Shown here piece after piece: positions 14,001 to 22,903 of a stretch of DNA of 64,000 bases. The stretch comes from Eledone cirrhosa. Taxonomy: Eukaryota. The notes under the pieces are model-generated. The model was not told the origin of the DNA. It saw only the letters and a list, made by a program, of their open reading frames with translations, and searched no databases. Where the stretch lies: positions 143,530,001 to 143,594,000 of the forward strand of contig OZ024740.1 of the NCBI GenBank assembly GCA_964016885.1. Reading direction: 5' to 3'. Position numbers and translations under genes: made by a program. Position 1 is the stretch's first letter. Every line of letters starts with the position of its first letter.

Positions 14001-14659
14001 TCTTTTACACTTTACTGTAAATAAAGAATTTGAATGTAAGGGCATGATTTTATCATTTTTATAAATAATATTGGAAATTGTTTTCAAATGTTCTTTGTTT
14101 AGATATATTCACTTCTTAGAATCTGCTCCCACCATCACTGTACTCCCCCAATTCCACCCCTTCCACTCATCACCCTGTCAAACCCCAGCACACCTATCTT
14201 ATACCCATAACATATTCTCTTCACCTTTTTACTTCCTCACATCACCACTTGAAGCCAGGCATGGAACCTGTCACTCTCCACCTCTTGTCACCTATGATAT
14301 ACCTAATATCCTTTTTACATCCTTCATCGTCTCTCCCCAAATAAGTTGAGTGATTGCATAAATGCTGCATCATTGGCTCTAAAGGACTGTAGCATTACTT
14401 CTTCACATGAAGGTAACTTAGACAAACTATAACCACTTGATTTCTTGCAGCTATTAAATAAATAACAATATATTGGCTTTCTTTTGCAGGCACTAGCTCT
14501 TCAGTGAAGCCTCTTACTACAATGACAGAGGATATTACTACAATGACACCTTTTACAATATCGTCTATTTCAGGTAATAGTGCAAAATCCTGCATTTCCA
14601 GAATTTGGATGGAACTTATTATTGGGATCATCATTACTGTTATCTGTTTAAGATATTAA
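2335..14659 (+). CDS. Spliced host gene (6 coding exons, 254 aa): predicted GPI-anchored cell-surface protein with two atypical Ig-like domains
   Basis: Manual exon assembly; 40+42+249+98+166+170=765 nt, intron phases 1,1,1,0,1, all GT-AG, no internal stop. MKILPLLYLLAMTYISMVNAQLNIEANGTIWLGEEITLKTPISANTAAITWKSEGKNIACDKSCGGNEDYKITRGNGLSTLWIRNVSWQYRTWTVIENDLETNDFTMDINVKPTIHFEIKPNCDYKIKTTCSKPKADIKCLYGKDLKLTHESEPCNNRSIKLNPPGVNLMQQSTTPGKIKCDVQLDSLLHFTVNKEFECTSSSVKPLTTMTEDITTMTPFTISSISGNSAKSCISRIWMELIIGIIITVICLRY*. Confidence 0.85.
2567..3720 (-). mobile_element. Ty3/Gypsy LTR-retrotransposon pol fragment (protease and N-terminal RT) in intron 1
   Basis: LLDTGS aspartic protease motif; SPWRAQ, RLVIDY, IDLKAAYHQI and RLPFG RT motifs. 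Frameshifted here by a ~13-nt deletion relative to copy B. Confidence 0.9.
4120..4161 (+). CDS. Coding exon 2 (42 nt): end of signal peptide and mature N-terminus (YISMVNA^QLNIEAN)
   Basis: Acceptor cttttatag, donor G|gtaatt, phase 1-1. It is required, because splicing exon 1 directly to exon 3 would create T+GA = stop. Confidence 0.82.
4480..4970 (-). repeat. Degenerate tandem copies (~120-130 bp) resembling the RTE/SINE 3' UTR core
   Basis: Repeated ggcaccagc..ctagag / cccttcctatcac..accaccttac..gtactg units; a paralogous block lies at ~7470-7950. Confidence 0.55.
5544..5792 (+). CDS. Coding exon 3: atypical V-type Ig-like domain
   Basis: 249-nt open phase 1-1 exon (tttcag|...|gtaagg). 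Pattern G-x-x-I-T-L, ITW (C-strand Trp) and STLxIxNV (E strand), plus CDKSC. Confidence 0.88.
7470..7950 (-). repeat. Second block of degenerate RTE/SINE-tail tandem repeats (paralog of 4480-4970)
   Basis: Shares ccagttttctatgactgaatacc.ttcctatcac.aaccacctt with 4695-4740. Confidence 0.55.
8067..8164 (+). CDS. Coding exon 4: N-half of second Ig-like domain (VKPTIHFE...TTCSKPKADIKCLYG)
   Basis: Acceptor ttttgcag, donor |gtaagt. Phase 1 in and phase 0 out, matching exons 3 and 5. Confidence 0.85.
9632..9671. other. 18-bp stem hairpin with CTAG-containing ends
   Basis: actagcagaaaaccaccc-gaa-gggtggtttttctgctagt, with one bulged T. Confidence 0.85.
9800..10200 (-). mobile_element. CRE-clade non-LTR element, decayed C-terminal endonuclease region
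   Basis: LWGTTVSDAFAPHILDAA...KILKYSEL is homologous to the CRE copy at 28507-28860. Confidence 0.7.
10380..11700 (-). mobile_element. RTE LINE, heavily decayed
   Basis: SFCYLEDQIRSGNGCSESTVARIRTGWKK and HEVFRIAR fragments, same family as 1-1940. Confidence 0.8.
12336..13037. mobile_element. Non-autonomous pogo/Tigger-type DNA transposon (MITE-like)
   Basis: Terminal inverted repeats tactgtatatactcaaatataagc / gcttatattcaagtatatatggta, with TA at the ends. Confidence 0.75.
13870..14035 (+). CDS. Coding exon 5: C-half of second Ig-like domain (KDLKL...KIKCDVQL...KEFE)
   Basis: Very long polypyrimidine tract ending ttctcag; open phase-0 frame; donor T|gtaagg. Confidence 0.87.
14490..14659 (+). 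CDS. Coding exon 6: Ser/Thr stalk and GPI-anchor-type signal, stop TAA
   Basis: Acceptor cttttgcag; CTSSSVKPLTTMTEDITTMTPFTISSISGNSAKSCISRIWMELIIGIIITVICLRY*. Small-residue cluster (SGNSA), spacer, then a terminal hydrophobic stretch with no cytoplasmic tail. Confidence 0.8.
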
Positions 14660-15079
14660 AAATTAATAGAAAGAGATAGTATGTATTATCCACTATTTTT
14701 TTGCATGAATTTGATGGGTTTTCACATTTTTTGCATTTTTACTTTCAACTTGCTCCAACAATTTGAGATCAACTCTCACCACTTCAGTCAAAGTCTTCCT
14801 TAGTCTTCTCTTCCACATCTTTCTTCCTTGGATTCTCTTAGTTCTTCTTGACCCAACGATCATTATGCATCAGCATCACATGTCCTTACCAGTGCAATCT
14901 TCTCTCTTGCACATTTGATTCAACTTATGCCCAGTTTTTCACTCAATTCATTTGTGCTTCATCATTCATGCATACTAACATTACACATTCTTAAAGAGCA
15001 TGTTTGATTTGTTTCTCTGCAATCTTCACACATTCTCTGTATTCACTGCCCATGTCTTACTACAATGCTGTATCACACT

Positions 15080-15950
15080 TAAGAGACGTGCAACCAAGCA
15101 AATACCCTCCATCAGGCATCTACCATACTCTGAATGCCTTGCTTCCCTGGGCATGGATACATTGAAGCTCCGACGTCTGGCAATTGACTTGGTAAACACC
15201 CACAAAATTATTAACCATCTGAGCACCTTTTTGATTTCCTTTTTGTCTAACACACATGGGCATGCCTACAAAGTCAGAAAACAGCACAGCTCCCATGACT
15301 TTCGGAAAAATTTTTTCATGCTCAGAGTTGCTGAAGCATGGAACAAACTCTGCATCAGTTGTTAGCTGCCGAGACACAACATGCTTTAAAACCTCCATGC
15401 TTCCTGAAATTTGCCAACACTATACTTGATATCCATCCTCCATACACATGCACACATATATATCATGACTCATACACTGTTCACTTTCCTGGCATTTGTA
15501 CATCATTCTATGTACTATAAATGCACCTTTGATGAATCGTAGTGCACCTGAGCACTGTACACAATAAATTCATTATTATTATATATATATAATGAAATTA
15601 TTGTGTGAAGTGCTCAGGTGCACTACAACTCGTCAAAGGTGCATGTATAGTACATAGAATAATACACAAATGTCAGCAAAGTGAATAGTGTATGAGTCAT
15701 GATATACATGTGTGTATGTGTATGGAGGGGGAACATTAGGTGTAGTGTTGGCGAATCTCGGGAAGCATGGAGGCCTTAAAGGATGCAGTGTCTCGACAGC
15801 TAACAACCGATGCAGGTAGTTTGTTCCATGCTTCAGCAACTCTGAGCGTGAAAAAATGTTTTCGAAAGTCATGGGAACTGTACAGTTTTCTGACTTTGTG
15901 GGCATGTCCACGTGTGTTAGACACATGGAAATCAAAAAGGTACTCAGGGT
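15080..15950. mobile_element. Two CR1-type LINE 3' fragments, tail to tail (15080-15580 +; 15592-15950 -)
   Basis: Both encode NTRGHxxK...FFTLRVAEAWNKLP, the typical CR1 ORF2 end. Their 3' UTRs face each other across a (TA)n spacer. Confidence 0.88.
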
Positions 15951-16579
15951 TGTTATATGCAGGAATCATACAATCTACGCTTCAGATGTAGAGAAAAACC
16001 CTTGTTATCAACAAATATTTCAGTGTTACCTCTTTTCTCACTATTACCTCAGACGAAGAAGAATCCATCTTTAAAAATTTATAAATAAATTTTTTTTAAT
16101 GAAATAACTATTTAAAAGATCTTTTGTTTTCTCTACGTTAACAGAGCAGAGATCAAGGAATTTCAGTTATTCTTTGTTTGCAAATAATCCAAAAGAAACT
16201 GTTCTCAAAATAAAACAATGCCAAGGGTGAGACAAAACATGTCTGGTTGACTAAAAAAAATAAGATCATTATCATCATCATTTTATGTCTGCTTTTCACG
16301 CTGGCATGGATTAGGCAGGTTGTCGTAGTCTGAGACCAGATGGGTCAGAACAATCAATCTTGCTTATTACATTCCATATTTGGTTTGGTTTCTACAGTTT
16401 GATGCTCTTCCCCTTACATGGTGTACTGGGTGCATTTTATCATGGCACCAGTGCTGTCCTCTCAAACCTTATCTTTGTCTCTGTTCAATTGCCAAACACT
16501 TTTAGTGTCGCAGTGCTTGTGCTGGTGAACAACTCTTTTGTATTATAGCATATCTCCAGTCAGCTTGGTTGTTCATTAT

Positions 16580-17750
16580 CTCCTTAGTGGAGAGTTTTCC
16601 TTGGTCTCCTTCTTCAAGCCCTTGGCACTTTTTCATACAATTCTCCTTTTCCTTGTTCATTGCATTCATCACATGATGCTTAGCCTAGTGACCTTTACGT
16701 TGTTTGAAGCACATCTAGAATGCTTCTTCCAAAATGGCTCTCAGCTTCACCGTTGTAGTTTGCATGATATCCTCTCAGCTTTCTAAGCAAGAGCTTTTAA
16801 GTAGCATTTTTATTTTGGGAAACACCAGAAGTCATAAGGAGCTATATCTAGAGAGTAGGGAGCATGATAAATGAGCGAAATGCTTTTCTTGGCCAAGAAA
16901 CCTCAAATCAGCTGTAATTAATTTATCAAGATGTTGTCATGATGCAGTTGCCAGTTTTGTGAAACCTGTAGATCAAAGTGTCCTGCTCCAAGCTGCATTA
17001 TTAATATGTCAGAGGACTTCCTGATACAACTCCTTTGTAACTGTTTGTCCTAGTATGTATTCATGATGTACACTGCCCCAGTAGCCAAAGAAAATAGTCA
17101 GCATCACTTAATTTTGCTTCACACCTGATATGCTTTTTTGGGCCTTGGCAACATTGGCTGCTTCAATTGTGATGACTGAACTTTGGATTCCAGGTTGTAC
17201 CCATATGCTCATATCTCGTCTCTAGTTATCACAATATTCAGGAACTCAAAATCCTTGTTAGCAGTATCCAGCAGGTCCAGTGCAACTTCAAGATGAAGTT
17301 TTGTTGCTCCCGAGAAAGCAACTTGGGCACAAATTTTGCTGCTATTCTGCACATGACCAAATCCTTTCTTAAAATTGCATATGCAGAATTTTTACTGATC
17401 ACAGCCTTCATCACAAATTTCCCACACTGTCAAATGATGATTCTTCATTATCAAGTTCTGCACTTTCTCAATAATAACTGCCTTTCGACCTGTTCTACCA
17501 TTAGTAACCTGCATGTTGAATTTTACAAATTATTTCTGCTTGGATATATTTTGGAGAAAAATTTGATACAAGCTCATTGCTGTTCTGTCAGCATGAACAA
17601 AATTGAAATGGCTCAACAAAAATCATGCAGCTCCATTTTGCATGCTTTTGTCTCCCTAACATCACTACTTCTCACAAGAAAAAATAAGTGTGATATGGTT
17701 TTGACAAACATTACATATAGTTTCATAATATTCATACAAATTTTGATAAC
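16580..17750 (-). mobile_element. Decayed mariner (Tc1/mariner) transposase
   Basis: The minus strand near 16830-16866 reads HAPYSLDIAPYD, matching the mariner HPPYSPDLAPSD motif. Boundaries approximate. Confidence 0.7.
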
Positions 17751-17939
17751 TCATTTTGTTATTCATTTTTGTTAATTTCAGGTCACTGCAAAGACATAAG
17801 GAATGCTTTTTAAGACATAAGGAATGCTTTTTAAGACTTTTTAAATAACTGTGTTTTAATTACTCTCAATTCTTGAATAATCTGGTATGGGTGTCCCGTT
17901 TACTTGTTCCAGCCATCCGGCTGAGGCGACCGCAGATTA

Positions 17940-18042
17940 TCTATATCTATATACTACTAAAACTCTGTGATTGCTTGCTTGCCTGTAATACATTACAAAA
18001 AAGCTGAAGTGAACGTGACCCAACGGTTCACGGGTGGTCTAG
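17940..18042 (+). mobile_element. Miniature non-autonomous Helitron (~100 bp)
   Basis: 5' TC, subterminal hairpin cgtgacccaacggttcacg, 3' CTAG, inserted between A and T. Confidence 0.7.
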
Positions 18043-18289
18043 TATAATATAAAAGAGAGATATTTATTAGTTGGTTGAATCACACAAAAACTACACATAC
18101 ATCTAAAGAAAGAGAGAGATAGGCCATTATACAGTGAGAGATACAAGTGTTAAATATTCAGAGAGAGAGTGACATCCCACAAAAGTATAGAATCAGCTTA
18201 AACTATAGATGCTTTGATCCATAAGAAGGTTTAACAATATTGCATTAGCTTTTATAAAGTAGTTTTACAGTCTTTGATTTTACAGAACA

Positions 18290-18495
18290 AAGAAAAATTG
18301 ATATTTGAAATTAATCTACCCTCCAGCTTGTATCCATATACTACTTACAGTCTGTACTAACGGAGCAACACTTCAGAAGCAATGGTGCGTTTCAGATGAC
18401 GTCCTTTGGAGCTGAAAAAGATCATACTGACTGGTTATTTCACATTTAAAATCCAAGGCCAATGCTATCATTTAATCAGCAGTTTACTCCTCCAT
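18290..18495 (+). mobile_element. Helitron Rep/Hel coding fragment
   Basis: AFQMTSFGAEK...FTFKIQGQCYHLISSLL matches the conserved Helitron N-terminal segment. Confidence 0.72.
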
Positions 18496-19402
18496 CTAAT
18501 CCATGCTAGCGTGGAAGAACGGACGTAAAACGGTGATGATGATGATGATCTACACATTTTGGTTACTAATTATCATCTGCAGTAGCATTTAATATCCACT
18601 TTCCATGCTTGTGTTGGTTAGACAGATTGTCACGTTATGAGACAAGACAGGTCAAGTAACCAGGACTGGATTTAGACCATGGGGGTACCCCCTTCCTTAC
18701 ACAAAATGCAAAAAACTGACCAATAATACATAAATATAATAGAGATACATACATAGACATTAAATGGAAATATACATAATATATACACAATAGGTAAATG
18801 TTAAATATTATATATAAATGTAGACATATTAGTGTCAGAGCTGGTACAAAGATTTTCGCATATATGTACTAGAGGTTTTGGCCAAAGCGTATCAAACCAC
18901 CATAATGTGGTTAAATGCATCTATCAATGAAAATCTATCGTTGCCTAAACTAAGTACAGTAAGTTATATCTACATATTCAGAACACTGCTCTCTACATCC
19001 TGTAGGGAGAGAGCACTTAGTATTTTGTGGGTCATAATGATTGTCAGTTAAATCTTTATGAGTGCTAATTTGCTGAATGATCTCTCTCCTGAACTCTTTA
19101 CTATCAAATATATCATAAGAACTATATCAACACTTGGAAAGGTATCAGCAAGCCAATCATAGAGTAACACTGCCTGTTGAGATGGCATGAGACATGACCT
19201 GAAAGTTTTAATCAAGGAATTGAATATATTTTAACCATAAACCCTGTAATTTTGACATGTACTATATTTCTAATCTGAAGAGAATGATGCATTCATCCCA
19301 CAGAAAGATGAGCCTTTGTAATTTAAACTTGTATAAGGAAGAAAAAAGGGAATAAAAAGAAAATTTATTGTATATAAACTTTGTTGCACTTACTGACATT
19401 AC

Positions 19403-19740
19403 ATCATCATCATCATTTTACGTCTGCTTTTCTCTGCTTGCAAGGGTGGGACAGGAACTGATTCTGGCTTGATTTCTACAGCTGGATGCCCTTCCTAACA
19501 CCAACCTCATTTACAGTGAGTGCTGGGTGCTTTATTGCCGTGGCACCTCCAAGACCACTTTGCAGTGGAATGATATGGACCCCAGTCCCTATCATCTCAT
19601 TTCTACAGCTGAGTAAACTGGAGCAATATGAAATAAAGTGTCTTGCTCAAGGAAACAACACATCACCCAGTCTGAGAATTGAACTCACAACCTTACGATT
19701 GCAAGGCCAATACTCTAACCATTAAGCCATGTGCCTCCAT
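19403..19740 (-). mobile_element. tRNA-derived SINE with RTE-derived 3' tail
   Basis: Reverse-complement paralog of 43402-43700; (CAT)n tail. Confidence 0.85.
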
Positions 19741-20359
19741 TACACATGTTTAAATTTTAGAATATAGGCCTTGTTTTGAGCAAAGTATGAGATTTCTAAA
19801 AAAAAACATCCCTAAACTAATAAAAAATGAAAATCTGCAGTTCAAACACAGCATCAAAGTTTCAAATCCTTTTGAGAGATGTCTGGGAGAAATAGAGACA
19901 GATTTACCACAGTATTTAAGTAGTTTATTCTCACCTCCACTCTAGAAGAGAGATTTTTCAAAGTTCTTTATACGTTCATAGCAGACAGTTCTCCATTTTC
20001 CAGTCAGCAGCTAGGGCTTCAAACGAAGTAAGATATGTTCCCTGATTTAAAATTGTACTTCAGTTTGTCTTTTTATCTGAATAATAGTCTGCTTACATTA
20101 CTTGCACCATTATGAAGTTGACTGTATAACAGTACCTTGGGTGTGCTGTCGTCAATCATACATAGAACATGACCAGCCCATATATATATATATGTGTATA
20201 ATCATTGATATATATGTATACTGAACCTTAAGGACATTAAAGCACATGTATATAGAGTGAGTCTGCAGTGCTGAGACCGGGGAGTCCACTAATCATGAGA
20301 GTGTATATATATATATTTATATTTGAAAAGGGAGTAAGGTTCTATACAAAACAGGTTAT

Positions 20360-20805
20360 AGAGAAAAAGTAGGATTGGAAACAGCACAGGAAATAAATTT
20401 AAAGAATCTGGGTTTTTTTTACTTCTTTGATCCGTCAATTTGAAAAATGAGAACAATTTGAAAAAAAGGAGTTTTATAATGTATATAGAATATGACCGGT
20501 TCCGATGTATTGTAATATTGAATATTACAATTTAAAAGTAAGTGTTGAAGAAGGTCTGTTCATTTTTCTTGTTGGAAAGATGAAGAGACCTTCAAAACTT
20601 AATTTTTAATTGTAATATTCAATATTTGATAAGATGGATTACATAGATACATCGAAACCGGTAATATTTTATATATTCTATATACATTATAAAACTCTTT
20701 TTTAAAAGAATTGTCCCTCTCATTTTTTCAATAATGACGGATCTAAGAAGAAGAAAAAAAACAGATTCTTTAAATATATTTTCCGTGCTTTTTCCAACCC
20801 TACTT

Positions 20806-20812
<7 letters not shown>
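20360..20812. repeat. Long imperfect palindrome (foldback/MITE-like, ~200-bp arms)
   Basis: For example gagttttataatgtatatagaata vs tattctatatacattataaaactc, and tttaaagaatctg vs cagattctttaaa. Centre ~20560-20585. Confidence 0.85.

Positions 20813-20892
<80 letters not shown>
20811..20892. repeat. (CT)n microsatellite
   Basis: About 40 uninterrupted CT units. Confidence 0.98.
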
Positions 20893-20895
<3 letters not shown>

Positions 20896-22098
20896 AGACT
20901 AAAGTTCTAGTTTGTAAGAAATAAAATAAGGCGGCGGTCCCTTCCGGGAAGTGGCCATGCTCAGTGTGTGGGAAAGGCGTAGGTAGAAACTCCATTTTGT
21001 GTCCCAAATGCAAAGTATGAGTGCATAAAAGATGTAGTGGGATCACAGGTAAGCTAACTAAGAACATAGATTTTACATGCGGCTGGTGCAATAAGTAGCA
21101 GCAAGTGCCCACAAAATACTAGCTCTTTCAACTGCGCAGAGGGTTCTATAGAAATAGTGGACAGCTTCCGTTACCTGGGTGACAAAATCAGCAGTGGGGG
21201 AGGGTGCTCTGAAAGTACAGTAGCTAGAGTCAGAACTGGATGGAAAAAGTTCACAGAGCTTATACCACTATTAGCCGCTAAAGGGTTCTCCCTAAAAATG
21301 AAAGGCAGGTTGTACGATGCCTGCATACGAACAGCAATGTTGCATGGCAGTGAGACCTGGGCATTGTGTGCAGAGGATATACGCAGACTAGAGAGAAACG
21401 AAGCTTGCATGCTCCGCTGGATGTGTAATAGTAATATACGTGAACGGCAAAGCATAAACGAACTAAGGAAAAAATTAGAAATAAGAGGGATCAAATGTTG
21501 TTTACTCGAGAGAAGGCTACGTTGGTATGGTCACGTGATGCGCATGAAGGACGATAGCTGTATAACAAAGTGCAGGGCAATAAAGATAGACGGTAGCCAC
21601 GGAATAGGCAGACCCAGAAAAACCTGGGACGAGCTGATAAATTCCGACCTCACACACTTACACCTCACCAAGACAATGTCACTGGACCGAGACCTTTGGC
21701 GGTACTCAGTAATAGAGAAGACTCGCCTTACCTAAATACAAAGTAAAACCTACTACAGTCAGTAGGCATCTCTAACAAAATACACCCCCACCCCATCCAC
21801 ACCACCCCCTTCAATGTAAAGTTATGTTGGTGCCACAACATCCAGGCCGAAACAAATGAGATCGTGTAGTGTCACGTCAAAAAACACACAGTTCACGCTG
21901 TAATGTGGCCGTGTAGGCAACACGGTAAAAACCTCCCAGCCCCACTGTAAATGTGGTTGGTGTTAGGAAGGGCATCCAGCTGTAGAAAACCCGCCAGATA
22001 GTCCTATGTGAGCAAGATAATCACTCTTGCCTCAAGTGGGAAAACCCCCGTCCAAACCCATGCAAGCGTGGAACACGGACGTTAAACGTTGATGATGA
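20893..22098 (+). mobile_element. RTE LINE, 5'-truncated (PHD-like finger, C-terminus, 3' UTR)
   Basis: ORF 21157-21735 with FRYLG...MLHGSETW...RRLRWYGHV...GRPRKTW; tail gacgttaaacgttgatgatgat. Confidence 0.93.
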
Positions 22099-22903
22099 TA
22101 TATATATAATGTGTATGTAGGTACACATTCTTAGTAGACAAGCCAGTATATTATATACACTCAACCTTAAATATCTTGTCGTTTAAGTGAAGTTTTGCTG
22201 AATTTTTGTGACAACACTGGTGTTATATACATTGTTAAAAACAACTCTTGTATGTCTAAAAGATAAAGTCAAATTATCACAAAAGATACATTCCCTCTAG
22301 TACAGAGCCATCCGTGTCTGTAAGAGATTACCAGGGGAAAATATTTCTTTCGCTACATGTTGATAAAATTATTAGATTAGAGCACAGAAAAAGATCAAAA
22401 TTCATTTAAAAAATTAGATATATCCATGAGAAAAAAGGAAAGTTTCCTCTAAACAACAAAAATTAAGTATTAAGCTGGCTGTGCTGTATTTGTCACATCC
22501 AAGATGTTGGCATTAATACAGTTAGCCTTCTCTATGTATGCATAAATCTAATTATTTACTTCTGAGACTTGTTTCTCCTCTTCCTCTCTTTCCGTTGCAT
22601 TACCATCTATGTTTGTTTACATGTCTCACTCGTTTCACCCTATTTTACGTGTCCCAATAACTTTCTTTAGTTATTGCTCGCACCAACCAGAGGTATATGA
22701 TCTTTAAAGCGAAGAAATACCAAGTTTGGAAGATCACTGATGAAGGACTAATTTTATTCATATGTAACCCATATGCAACCACGCAGCACGCCATTTTTCA
22801 TATATATATATATATACATATAACATACATATATATACATACATACAACATAGATACATACATATACATATGTATATATATATATACACACACGCACACA
22901 CAT

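Noticed and set aside
14600-14659. Type I transmembrane helix with signalling tail
   Set aside because: The hydrophobic stretch is short and followed only by RY-stop, which fits a GPI signal better; I found no convincing TM exon downstream.
18860-19390. Possible Penelope 3' relic with CTGAAGA...GAAA at ~19274-19306
   Set aside because: Stems I and III cannot be formed convincingly; too degenerate to call.
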